Origin: Lingula anatina
Lineage: Eukaryota > Animalia > Brachiopoda
DNA: 64,000 bases
Direction: 5' to 3'
Assembly (NCBI GenBank): GCA_051362555.1
Contig: CM120647.1
Coordinates: forward strand, 12,376,651 to 12,440,650
Numbering within the stretch: the stretch's first letter is position 1; the number at the start of each line of letters is the position of its first letter. The notes under the pieces were generated by a model. That model saw only the letters and a list, made by a program, of their open reading frames with translations. It was not told where the DNA came from and did no database searches. Shown here piece by piece: positions 36,568 to 48,510 of this stretch. The position numbers were made by a program, and so were the translations under genes.

Positions 36568-39500
36568 GGTACACCCGGCACACCGCTGCTATCAGCATAT
36601 TCCTGATAAACTTTATCAAACAATACATCGGCGTTTATTAATATACGTAATTGTCTTTGTATATAATATCAGGGTTGGACCGTTCTGACTATATAGTTGG
36701 CACCTTTCTCATTATTGACAACATCATCTGATTGTTGACAAATTTGGAGCGGTATAGATGGCCTATTAAATGATATATAAAGCGTGCGCAACGGCTTTGG
36801 TAGCAGTAGAGCGGGGCGGTCGAGGTGTAGGGTGCGGGGCGCTGTGCCCACTCTGGGCGCCTATATCATGGCAATGGCTTCGAAAGAGATGTACAACGTC
36901 TTCAGTGAGAACTTTTTAACGTGTCATATATGTCTGGGGGAATATAAAGACCCGAGAGTGCTCCCCTGTTACCACACATTCTGCCTGGAATGCATTGCTG
37001 ACCATGCAGCCAAGAATGGTGTCCAGAACAAGTTCTCCTGTCCCGTGTGTCGCCAAGAGGCCCCCGTACCGCCAGGTGGGTTAGAAACTCTCGTAAAAAA
37101 CCTATTCCTAAGAAAAGTAACAGACTTCATGGAAAATCAGAAAGCGCCAGGGGGGAGACTTTGTGAGTATTGTAAGCATAAAGAGGCCACTTTGCTGTGC
37201 CAAGGTTGTCCCAAAACCAACCAACTGTGTGCTACATGCCGTGAATTGCATGACACCATCCCTGCATTAACTGGACATCACCTCGTGCCTCTGTCACAAG
37301 GCGACTTCTCAGTTAACCCAGCTAACATACGAGACCAGTTACATCACGTTTTTGATAAATCTCAATACTGCAACAAACATGACGGCGAGTTGTTGACATT
37401 CTATTGTGAAGATGATGACACAGCGGCATGTAGAGATTGTATTTTGGAAAATCACAGTAAACACGACTTTGCAAAAATTGGAGATGTGGTGAAAGTTCAA
37501 AAGGAGTTAATACAAGAAAAACTGATATGTCTCCCAAGTGCAAAACTGTCTCGTTTTGAAAAGGCAGAGAAAGCCATTGTTAGAACGGAAGAGAAGCTGA
37601 CAGAAAATCAGACAAAGGTTCTTCGTTTGGTGGATTCTCAAAAAGTAGCTATGACAAACGAGATAAAGGAAAACAGTAAAACATTCGAAAGAGAACTCAG
37701 TGCTTATTACCAACAAGTAGAGAAAGACGTACGTCAACAGACTGACGCGTATTTAACAAGTGTAAAACACCATTTGGAAACGTACGTAACAAAAGTACAG
37801 TTCGATTACATCGAAATGCAAAGAGTTATAGATGCCAAAAGCAACGATATAACGGCAGAGGTTAAGGCACTCACCTCCACGCAGGTGAAGACTTTAACAG
37901 CCGAAAAAGACAAGCTAGAAATGAACAAGATTTCCATTCAGAGCATTCGTGATTTCGCTCAGCAGCTCACAGACACCGGTTCTGACATCGAGGTGATGAC
38001 CCACTCTAAAAAAATCCAAGCTAGAATTCAGGAGTTAGAGACATTTGAACCAGTCTTTGATACCAAGATCACCGATATCACATTTTCACCCGGAGAATCA
38101 AATATGGACCTTGTGCTACAGTTTCCTGAAATCCCTGAGCCAAAGCCGCTGTCCATCAAAACGGGGTCCATTACGGCCAAAACATATCAGGGTCCCTTGG
38201 ACGCACATTTTGGAAGTTTGAAAGAAAAGACAGCGTACTATCCCGAGCTGATGGAATTTCAGAAATTCGCATGGCTTGGTACGGCAGAGCGAAATAAATG
38301 TTTTCATGTTAAGCGTGGCATATGGGATATCCAGTGCACAGATGACGGTTGTATTTTAGTTGGACACGCTTGTACAGTGTCCGTATTCTCCAGCACAGAT
38401 CAATGTAATCGTGAGATCAATATAGAGGGAGGGGTCAAATGTATCACCACCGTCGGAAACGACAGATTTGTGGTCACATGTCAAGATAAATACTGTAGAC
38501 TGTATTCAACATCAGGTCATTTTACACGGTGCTTTGGTCAGGGTGATATGTCTAACCCCTGGGGTGTCATTATGGACCGTGCAAATAGTAAGGTGTACGT
38601 GTGTGATAGGGGTGCACAGTGCGTCTGTGTGTACTGCATGAAATCTTTTCAACTTGTTAACAGAATTGCTATCCCAATGTGCAGTAAAGGTCCGCTGCGC
38701 TGTGCATACCATTACGACATCGATGCAATCATAGTCAGCGACAACAGTGCCCACTGTGTGTATGCAGTGACACCCCAGGGTGACGTCATGTTCCAATACG
38801 GTACACGAGGTCAGAGTGGAAGTGGAGACGGACAACTGAGTTTCCCAGAGGGATTGTGCGTAGATAAGTTTGGACACATATTCATAGCTAACCACGGTAA
38901 TCACAGGGTGGTTGTCCTTGGTTCGGATGGAACATTTCTACGTAACATTTTGACAAAGAGTGGCGACATTGAATATCCTGTGTCCGTTGATGTCAACAGT
39001 AACGGGGAGCTTGTTGTTGGCACTTATCGAGGTGAAATATCCACGTACAAGTATATAGAATAGCAGTGGCTCATATGACTTGACACTGATGATGTTTGGA
39101 TTGTGATTGATATCGCTGAGAAAAGTGTATTGAACAGCTCAACTATGTTTCTTTTCTGATCTTTAGTTATGAAAGTGTGGGGAAGTTCTAAAAAGAATAT
39201 ATCCAATGTATAATGTTGGTCATAAAGGTTGCCCCACCTCTAGTTTCATGTGCTTTATTTTACAAACGATCACCTCGCAGGTGTAAATTGTTATGAAAAG
39301 TGACTTTTATTTCAGATAAAAATAATAATAATGATTATTATTATTATTATTTATAGTCCAAAATCCAACGTATGTTCCATAGACTTTACAGAATTCATAA
39401 AATTCACAATTAAAAGGAAAAAAATACTAATGGTCATAAGTCGATGAATAAAAGGAAAATGATAACAGAAAAAACGTTAAAGTTAAAAAATGGATATATA

Positions 39501-42500
39501 AAATGGATAAAATGGGTCAGTAGACGAGCAGATATGTTCTGTACATGCTGTAGCCGTTTGATTTGTTCCTCCGAAGATCCATATAAAAGTGAGTTGCAGT
39601 AGTCAAGTCTTGATGTAACCAGGGCATGTATAACTGTTGCTGTAGTAGAATCAGTTAAATGTTTTCGTAAGGAACCAATGGTTCTATGTGTGAAATAATA
39701 CACTGTCACCCGAGCGATATATGTCATAACACCTCGAGCGTCCGCTCGAGGTGTTCATGGCATATATCGCGAGAGGGTGACAGTGTATTATTTGACATAC
39801 ATACCGAGAAAAAATACAGTCATTTCATCTTGAATCACCCCTAAAACCGAATAAAGTGACCCTATATCACGCTCTAGAGATGTTATACGGAATAAACTCG
39901 TCCACGTGCGCTAGTCATTTCCCGCCAAATTCTTACGTAATGTCTGACCAATTTGGTCAATTTTTGCTAAATACTTTTCGTGGACGTTCAACTGGCCTGA
40001 AAAGTATTTAATCAACCGTCGACACTGACCATGCGCGTCTCAGCTGGGCCACACCTAGCTGGGACTGCTGCGGAAAAAAGGTCCCGAGGCCAAACCTCTA
40101 CTTTTTAGTGACATTTCTGATAAAAAAAGGAGCGTCGGACCGGAATATAGTCAAACTAATTCTTCAAAAGTGCAAAGGAGAAAGAAATTTACTTTTTGGT
40201 GATATTTCTGACAACGAGGCAATTCGGAATATAGTCTAAATCGACGGATGTTTATTACAAGTTCACGGGAGTAATAATTCTAGTTTTTTTTATTGTTATT
40301 TCTGACGACGAGGCGGTTACGGAATATAGTCAAAACCAAACGGATGTTTATTTCAAGTCCACAGGAGTAATAATTCTACGTTTTGGTGACATTTTTACTA
40401 CGAGGCGGTTTGGAATATACATACTGATATATCTGATAAAAAGGAAGAATGAACAGCTTAAAAACAAAAGGTAAATAACACAATCCTCGTTAAAAAGTTA
40501 TAAATTTACAAATAATTTGAATACACGTGTGGCTTAAATGTAAACTAATTCCCGTTTTCAAATCATACCCATATGATATGACTTAGTGTAATAAAATGAT
40601 AAATAATAATTGTTAAACGTGACAAGTTTATGCTAATTTTTAAGAGTGTGAGAGATTTTAAATTTGTCTACTGGTAGGTATATAACGTAAGCAACGTGCC
40701 TATTCTCTTGATGCCAAGAAGGTCACATGATCACTCTGTCTTTGGCTTTCAGCATTTAAGAGACCTCGACTGATTTAACCAAGATGTACTCATGAAATTC
40801 TAGACTAAATTGAGGTTAAATCCGAGTTTTCCGAAAGACGCTACGCAGAAATGTCGAGTGAAGCGAGACATTTTTGTGTAGCGGCTCGAGGTTGCCCTTG
40901 ATCTTCACTGAAGCTTGGCTAAATGGACAGGCTTCAGTGATCATCATATCGCCACGGCCATATAACATCCCTAGGTATGTATTATTGAACATGCATGTTT
41001 TAGATACGTTAGAAATTTGCCTGTCCATGGACAGTGTACTGACAAAATAGATTCTCAGATTTTTTGCATGAGATGAGACTTGTACAACGCTGGTACCTAT
41101 AGGCATGCTAGGACTGCGGGCAACGTTCTTATTGTGTGGTTGAGATATTACTAGGAATTCAGTTTTCTCGTCATTGATCTTCAGTTTGTTTCTTATCATC
41201 CACCCCCTTAGGTCAGAAATACAGTTGGTTATTTTAGTAACTGATGTTTCAGAGTTTCTAATATCGCAGGATGTGTAAGGCTGAGTGTCTTATATTTGAA
41301 AACCAATCTCGTGAAAACGAAGGATTGCCCCAAGTGGTGAAGTATAAATACAGAATATGATACCATAACTGACACGATTAATGGTACAGAAAAGACAAAA
41401 TAGCGGTGAAGATATCCATATTTTTAAAATACCTTTTGTTCACATTCATTACACACACACCCTTAAATCCAAGATGTCACTGTGATGTCCATGGAGGTAA
41501 ATAAATGTCCATTAAATTACAAATACTTCATCTAATGTCTCCAAATTTACCCACAATTAGAATTTGGGTGTGCTTGTTAAAGTGTCTAATAGCGTGTTCA
41601 GGGCGGATCCAGCTTAATTTCAAGACGGGGTCCTATTATATGACACGCCTCATATATCCGCCACTGTGATGGTACTAAAAAATTAACTTGGTACGTGAGT
41701 CGGTCAATTACACTGTATTAACAAAAAACTTCAAAAACCTCTATAGACTGTCATTCTACTGTGTGGCGGACTGGTCGGTTTGCTTATTGGCTAGTATGTC
41801 TTACTCTGGACTGGCTGATTATACAGTCTGTGTGCGGACTGCCATATTCTACACCGAGTGACCGACGGGCTGACTGTCTCGGTGACTGTCAGGCTTTCAA
41901 TGTGAAAATATTGCCAAAATTAAGGCCGCATTCATATACAGCAGATCGTCGGCCTAACAAACCCGCGGATCAACTATGATCCACCCGACTTGAAAGCAAT
42001 ACCACAATATCCTCTAATAATGCTCTCCCTGCCCACCACACGGGCAATCCCTGCAGTGGCCTGGCAATTAAATCTCGGAGCCGTTTTAATCCAGGTTTAA
42101 TTGCCAGGCCCCTGCAGGGATGGCGCGGTGGTAGGCGGGGAGACCATCAGGGGATAACGCAGCATTGCTTTCAAATGGGGTCTGCCATATTTGATCCGCT
42201 GACGAGTTAGTCCGCGGATCATTCATTGCGAATGCGACCTAAGTTAAAATCATTAATTTTGCCTTTCAATATCACGCCAGGACAAATGGCCCCAGCATCC
42301 ACCTTCCCCGGGACAGGTGCGTGTCGTGGTACCAGACATCGCCGGCTTACTGCCCGTATACAACTACAACGAATACGACGGCTACACCGTGAAGACCATC
42401 CCCAACTGTAGCGACGAGGAGATAGAGAGGCACGTCGAGATGACGTCCAGAGAAATACGGAGAGCTGTGACCACCTGGGGATGTGACCAGGTGAGAGGTG

Positions 42501-45500
42501 TGACGTCACAGTTGCGGGATCACATGCTTTTGGAAACGGTGTGACGAAGCTGAGGGTCCGTGTAACAGAAAGTCCGCCCTCCAGTTAGCTATCATGACTA
42601 GGGTTAGCCTGACCTAATTGGGCCAAAATCTAGGGCGAGGCTTACCTGTATTAATGAATGCGAAGGGGACTCTCTTTCATGGGGGACTGTCTGTCACGTT
42701 ACTCCTGGGTATCAGATATTGCTAAAGATTGAATTTACCCGTCAAACAGAATTTTCACGGGAAAAAATGTTCCTTCTTCCGAACCATTGTTTAACCCCGC
42801 CCTGCATTTGAATTTGATGTTTCATTTCTAAATCACTGGCTATAGTTAGTAAGGACTGAACTGGTATGACCCGCACGAAAATGCAGTAGTATCGAAGTAG
42901 CAAAAAAGCATTAACGCAGTAGTGGTGTGGGGAATATTTGCAGTAGAAATGCAGCATAGCCTACTGCAATTCTACTCCAAAAAGTACATAGGTTTGTACA
43001 GAGTGGAGCATTAATGCAGTAGATTAGTAGCATGATAGAAGCATGTTTCAAATATGCTAATTAGCTCCCAAATCGAAGCACATTTGAAGCATGTTTGCAG
43101 TATGATTGCAGTAGTCTACTGCGGTTTGCAGTATGATTGCAGTAGTCTACTGCACTGGAGTATATACTACGTTTTCTTGCGGGGAATGAGCAGTTTTGCA
43201 GGATATGAAGATATAGAAAAATTGCAAATTTTCAGACGCGTACAGTATACCTTAAAAACGTCCACTGTCAGCATCCCTCTGTTGATTCCATTTCGAAGGA
43301 GACGTGGTGGTAATAGAGATTAAAGTTTCCAGGAACCTCTGAAACTCAGAGTTGGTGAGGAGGAAGCTTTCTTTTTTGCCAAGTGACTTTCCATATTGTC
43401 AAGATAAATAATTAAAATACAAAAAGAACTTGGTGTCTCTGAATGCCTTTTTTGGTTTAAAACATACATCGACTTTACATGCTATTTCTGGCTTAATAAC
43501 CTCATCTTTTGCATCCAACATCATTTTTGGCAGGTTCTTGCCAACCATGCCCTGCTCTCTCCCGTAAACACGACGAGGGCGCTGGAAGGGACCAACGTCC
43601 CCTTTAATATCAAGATCCACGGCAGCGCTCTGTCATTTGTCATCAAACCTTTCCCGAGATACAAGAAATACGCGCTGGAAGCAATGGCGAAGTGTAACAA
43701 GATAATTGCCGGAACAAGACACGTTGTCAAGCAAGTTTTAGATATTTTCAAAGAAGAACTTGACCATGACCTTAAAGGTGACCTTGACCTAAAAAGGAAA
43801 CTTGTCATCGTCCCCCCTGGAATGGATCCAACAGTGTTTTCACCGCTGCGGGATAGCATAAAAAATCAGGAATCATTTCGCCGCGAAGTTGAAAACCACA
43901 TTGCCGAAAAAGGCGATGGACGGCGAGCAGAGAAGATCAATTTCCCAGCCCTGACAAGTCCCAGCAGTGAGGTGCACTCGAAGTTGGTGGAGCTGGGGAC
44001 AACCTACGATCAACGAGTCGTGGATGCAGATCTGTTGAGTCGGCTTCCAACTTTCTCTCCTGACGAACCTGTCATCATGTATATTGGACATTTCCTCCAT
44101 ACCAAGGGAGTGGCTGAGATTCTCTTGTCTTTTCCAGCCATTGTCAAAAGATTGCCGAAAGCACGGTTGCTTTTGGTTGGATACGGAACTTTTAGGGAAC
44201 ACTTGATGTTGATGATAAATGCAATGACTACAGGTAGGAAGGAAACGTCCGTATTTGTCACAATCAATCTGAATATTAGAGAACACTGGAATTTCGCCTC
44301 TCAACTATAATTTCGCTTCCTCCTTTTCCAGTTTTACACAAAGATTAGCTGACTGTAGAGAAATGACCTTTGTCACCTCGTTTATTGTGGACTCGTCTTT
44401 GACTGAAGTCGACCATATTTTTCTCTAAGTTCAAATTTAAGTTACTGTGTACAACCAGTCCCAGGTGTAGAGACACTTCGTCGCTGTAAGACTATTGCTG
44501 CTATTACTTTTTGTAATGTTATCATTATTTTGTCATTAGTAATAAACAAGTGCCTACTCCCTTTGTTTTAAAGGGGACACGGGTATATTCAATAGAACAA
44601 ACAATACCTTGAAAATGTCCTTTCAGACGAGATATATACAAATTTTCCCTTTTTACACCCATTTGTTATTCAGCCTTTGTAATGTTTATTATTTCTTTTA
44701 AGGGGACATAAATCTCTTCAAGGCAGCAGCTCACAGCCCAGATGAGCGAGGTAAACCCTTTCTTGACTCCAGTATAGAAATCGACAAGTACTTCAGACAA
44801 CTTGGTGGGTTAATTTTCTTGCTGACTAAAGTTGACAGCATTTAAATGGGAATTGGTGAAGAAAAAAAAACACTGAAACACAGATTTTAATCTAAAAATT
44901 ACAAAAAAGAAATTGTACAAAAATTGTATTGGAATCTTCAAACCACACTTCGACATTTACATGTAAAGGCATAGTTCGACTTTTAATTTGTATTTGAGAA
45001 AGATATTTAAAGAACGAACCCCGAGCCAAGACATCTTTTGAGTTCTTTGAAACCTGTTCATGTATCTGCATGCACGGTTTATGTTTTATTATATTCGTTT
45101 ATTTATTTGTTTTGGGAGACTGGTTTTTGTTACTGTCTCAACTAACGCATTCTATCGCATTTTTTTCTTCGGTCGAGTGTCAGCCATATATCGCGTTATA
45201 TGGTCAAGTTTGTTTAGGTTTAATAGGCCAAATTTGTCATTAATATTTTAAACTATTATCCACAATATTTCCAGAGCCCTCTGAAGTATCCCGCATCACT
45301 GTCACTGGATATTTAAACCACACGGAACTCGGTTTCATTCTACCTCTTGCCTCGGTTCTGGTTGTGGCGTCCAAATGGAGTGAAGCATTCGGAATGGTTG
45401 CAGTCGAGGCTATGTCTGCCGGCGTATTGCCACTCTGTGTGTACCACTCTGGTACGTGTATGTTTTTATAATAATTATTATAATAATAATAATAATAATA

Positions 45501-46381
45501 ATGGCAATAAAGTTCGTCTCAGCGTTGTATACAATATAATGATTTAATATTGAACCTTAAAGTTCTAAAACACTGGCTTTCATGTACCACTTAAATTTAC
45601 CAATTAAGCTATCTATTTCTAAAACAAATCAATTTAGGTTGACACACTCTTACTTCATATATAATAATTATGTTTGTCCTTGTGTGTGTGTATATTATAG
45701 ACATAAAAACAATATACTAGTACACGTAGGCCTCACTGTTTCATCCTTGCTGAACATATGTTGCGAAAAATGTATTTAAATTACATAGATAAACAGCTGA
45801 TGATATTAAGGCCACCTCGCTGCGTTTATTTTCACAGGATTGGTAGACGTCTTAGACAGAGTTAAAGAAACAGATCCAGAATTAGAATCTCTAATGCACA
45901 TGGAAATTAAAAATGGTGGAGATTTTGAGTTAGGATCAGGAGCGTCCTTTATGGAGGTTGGGACTTTGTAGCGTTTCTTTATTTCGATATTTTGATTTGA
46001 ATATCAATGAGTTAAAGAACAATAAACGTTCTAAAACGCAAAGGATAGTTTCCATTAATACCTTTTATGATGTTATGTCCAGTCCACAAAGAAAGGAAAA
46101 GAGAAACCTGTTGGCTAACTTTGTGTGGTTTATAACATGTACTTATGTCATCCATCTTAGATTAAGAATGTTTGCATTATATACACCATGAAAAAATATT
46201 TTAGTGTGTTATTTTCTTGCTATTTCAGGTCTTCACTCCTAAGGTACTAGAAATCTTGCAACACTTATTTCCCGCCACTGGTGGGAAGGAGATACGCGCG
46301 TTAACATCCGAGAGATTACGAGAAGTGGCAGTGAGCACGTGGTCCTGGGACGGAATATGTAAAAAGCTTCTTGAACTATGA
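32770..46381 (+). CDS. GT-B fold family 4 glycosyltransferase, about 544 aa; exons 32770-32943, 42281-42490, 43534-44233, 44703-44804, 45275-45451, 45838-45956, 46229-46381
   Basis: All GT-AG junctions keep frame; N-term HIIIVHGYLLSGSGSNIY...GHAVTVFCQD; VPDIAGLLPVY; NH...KIHGS; PPGMD; YIGHFLHTKG; E-x7-E motif SEAFGMVAVEAMSAGVLP; C-term WSWDGIC; AATAAA at about 46456. Confidence 0.88.
33012..33235. mobile_element. MITE with CAGGGGCGGATCC...ATCCGCCACTG termini (hAT-like); related copies near 30518-30778, 41598-41666, 50077-50342
   Basis: Terminal inverted repeats and G/C-run subtermini recurring in the window; TSD not established. Confidence 0.6.
33369..35577 (-). pseudogene. Intronless TRIM-NHL gene copy 1 with a 2-bp frameshift at about 34107-34110 (or a truncated RBCC-only protein of about 491 aa)
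   Basis: RING C3HC4 (CHICQGEYKDPRVLPCYHTFCLEC...CPVC), two B-boxes, coiled coil; CAGTGCAGATGAC versus CAGTGCACAGATGAC in copy 2; NHL region continues open in another frame to ...YKYID*. Confidence 0.88.
36868..39063 (+). CDS. Intronless TRIM-NHL E3 ligase (RING-Bbox1-Bbox2-coiled coil-NHL propeller), 731 aa
   Basis: ATG at 36868 in good context; RING, B-boxes (CEYC...CQGC...CATC...H; CNKH...FYCEDD...CRDC...H), NHL repeats (PWGV, GDGQLSFPEGLCVDKFGHIFIAN.GNHRV). Confidence 0.93.
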   Translation: MAMASKEMYNVFSENFLTCHICLGEYKDPRVLPCYHTFCLECIADHAAKNGVQNKFSCPVCRQEAPVPPGGLETLVKNLFLRKVTDFMENQKAPGGRLCEYCKHKEATLLCQGCPKTNQLCATCRELHDTIPALTGHHLVPLSQGDFSVNPANIRDQLHHVFDKSQYCNKHDGELLTFYCEDDDTAACRDCILENHSKHDFAKIGDVVKVQKELIQEKLICLPSAKLSRFEKAEKAIVRTEEKLTENQTKVLRLVDSQKVAMTNEIKENSKTFERELSAYYQQVEKDVRQQTDAYLTSVKHHLETYVTKVQFDYIEMQRVIDAKSNDITAEVKALTSTQVKTLTAEKDKLEMNKISIQSIRDFAQQLTDTGSDIEVMTHSKKIQARIQELETFEPVFDTKITDITFSPGESNMDLVLQFPEIPEPKPLSIKTGSITAKTYQGPLDAHFGSLKEKTAYYPELMEFQKFAWLGTAERNKCFHVKRGIWDIQCTDDGCILVGHACTVSVFSSTDQCNREINIEGGVKCITTVGNDRFVVTCQDKYCRLYSTSGHFTRCFGQGDMSNPWGVIMDRANSKVYVCDRGAQCVCVYCMKSFQLVNRIAIPMCSKGPLRCAYHYDIDAIIVSDNSAHCVYAVTPQGDVMFQYGTRGQSGSGDGQLSFPEGLCVDKFGHIFIANHGNHRVVVLGSDGTFLRNILTKSGDIEYPVSVDVNSNGELVVGTYRGEISTYKYIE
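39500..41370 (-). mobile_element. Degenerate CR1/L2-group LINE reverse-transcriptase 3' fragment, split by an insertion
   Basis: NKLKINDEKTEFL...AKNL...LSMDRQISNVSKTCMF (40983-41200) joins RTIGSLRKHL...ALVTSRLDYCNSLLYG...LQHVQNISARLLT (39515-39685). Confidence 0.82.
39688..40979. mobile_element. Non-coding inserted element with a terminal hairpin of about 115 bp and internal tandem repeats (Crypton-like?)
   Basis: Flanked by TAT (39685-39687, 40980-40982); removal restores the LINE frame (FNNRTIG); hairpin 39686-39801; about 90-bp imperfect repeats 40095-40440. Confidence 0.65.
41924..42239. mobile_element. Harbinger-type MITE with internal palindrome, 41 nt upstream of glycosyltransferase exon 2
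   Basis: TAA TSD; TIR GGCCGCATTC/GAATGCGACC; internal CCCTGCAG.GGCCTGGCAATTAAA...TTTAATTGCCAGGCCCCTGCAGGG. Confidence 0.8.
42870..43183. mobile_element. MITE with CCCGCA termini and 2-bp TSD (CMC/EnSpm-like)
   Basis: TIR CCCGCACGAAAATG / CGTTTTCTTGCGGG; GA on both sides; internal GCAGTA repeats. Confidence 0.7.
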
Positions 46382-46568
46382 AGTTGTGCATGTCGAGTTT
46401 TGAATTGAAATAATTACATGAAAAAAGGCTGTACATCCGGATGTGCGTTGTGAAAATAAATAAAATGTTTTTTTTTTGTCCGCTTAAGTAATACTCTTTG
46501 AAGATGAATCATCTAAGTGCACAATTTTGATACAGTATTCAATGGGGTATAACAGCGTTGAGGGTCTG

Positions 46569-46582
46569 CCGCTAGATGGCGT
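46569..46582 (+). promoter_or_regulatory. CTCF-like motif CCGCTAGATGGCGT between convergent genes
   Basis: Matches the CCRSYAGRKGGCR core fully; lies past the glycosyltransferase poly(A) signal. Confidence 0.45.
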
Positions 46583-48510
46583 GGGGGTGAAATATTGAAT
46601 TTTTAATAGTATTTGAATTTTTACTTATCTTGGCAGGCACCATGTTTACACCCAGGAGGCGTGGTTAAGAGAATAGAATGCTTCCCCAAAAGCTGCTTGC
46701 TAAATTAGAGACTTTTTTATCAGCTGATTAAATGGAGAGAAATTCCATACTTCGAATCTCCAATTGCAGAGGCTAGCTTACCCGATCTAGCTATGTACTA
46801 ACTGATTATGCAAATGTTCCCTTTTTTTCGTTTCTTTACTATCAAATTAATAAATAAATAAATAAAAACTTAACGTCTTTTAACAGCTAACCTCCAGTAT
46901 TCTTTCAAAAATACCGAAGGTATGAGACACTTTCCGAAAAAAAACAAACAAACTAAATCATAAAGTATCAATCATCATCGTCATATTTCTTATTTACGCC
47001 CCCCCCCCCCCCCCCCCCCCTGGTAACTTACAGTACTTGGATAAAGTAGGAGAAATTTCGTGGTCCATAATGCTGTTCCTGTTGCTTTGCGGGGAGGGGG
47101 GGGGGGGCAGACAATTAAACTGATTACATTGGCTGATCCTTAACGAGAATCCCCACTGAGATAGATTGATCCTGCTAGTACACTGCACGATAACTTCTAT
47201 TCTGAACACAGTCATAAGTTTCAAAGTATGAAATGAGAAAATATTTAGCTTTGCAGAATATGTAAACATAAAGAATATGACGTTGGGAAATTTTGTAACG
47301 CGTCCAGTATATTTTTTAAATTTACAGTCGGAGGTGCTCTGTTCTAAGCTACGTCTGTACATGTTGTGTATTTCATATCGTGATAGGCCTTTGTGAACTT
47401 AGCATCTACTCTTATGCACTTATTTAGAAACTGGACATACTATCTGGATATAAAGGACAATATTTTACAATTATCGGTATTTATTTTATATTGAATTTGA
47501 AAATGAAAAACATGACCCTAAGCCTGAGACTCTCTTTGTTGTTTCAAACTATTGTTTCAGACTTGCTAGATGTGATAGCTGCAATCGCCACTGAGTAATA
47601 ACATGATTGTGGTGGGTGATATAGAGAAGCACACCTAGCACATTCTCTGGAACATCAACATTTGGAGTATCACAGTGATATACAATGATATATTAGATTA
47701 ACCCTGGAGGATTTTCCTCAATCTTTGAACAACTTTAAAAAGATTTGGTAAAACAACAAACTTGTTTTATGTCAAAAAATATTATAAGTGTTAATTTCAC
47801 AACGCTTAACACTTTGAGCTTAAAATCACAACAAACATGTAAATCACCATTCAATATATTTATTTTATTATAAATATCAAGTTGATATTGGCTTAAAAGT
47901 ACACACATGTACATCAATAATATACAAAATACAATATTTACATACAAAATTGTGCTCTCAAATTTTCTTCCTCTGCCAGAAACATGAATACCTTTCATTG
48001 AATGAAGCTGTTATTAGAACAACTAAAGTGTAGAACCTGTTAAAGATCACTGGTTTTCCATATCCCATGATCTGCGTATGCAGAATTACTAACAGTTAAA
48101 CTTATTGATATTATGCATATTTTTCACAATTACGAAGATTTTATTATGACAAAAGAGGAGTACAATAAATCAATGTTCAGAAGGAAAGAAGTCTCTCATT
48201 CTTTACAATGGATCTTAAATGGTTTTGGTCACTTAATAAAACAATTTATAATTATTGTTTCAATAAATAATTCTGAAGTGAAATATTTTTTTTCAATTAG
48301 GAATTTCCAGAAGCACTTGTCTTTTCTCAGTTTCTGAAGTGTGTGAACAGTTGTTTTTGACATTTACATATAACATTATTTTCATAATGTTTTCTCATCA
48401 GTTTTACCTAAAAGCCTTGATTTTTTCACCTTAACAAGTAAGTCTTTACGTTTAATCTACATATAAATAACTACTTCTGCCCACTGGCCTCAAATACTCA
48501 TTATCACATT

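Noticed and set aside
36784-36867. N-terminal extension of the TRIM ORF (and 35578-35601 in copy 1)
   Set aside because: Begins at GTG; the aligned ATG in good context in both copies is at 36868 and 35577.
44560-44585. TTTTAAAGGGGACAC, a look-alike of the glycosyltransferase exon-4 acceptor
   Set aside because: Similarity ends after about 15 nt and the frame reaches a stop; not supportable as an alternative exon.
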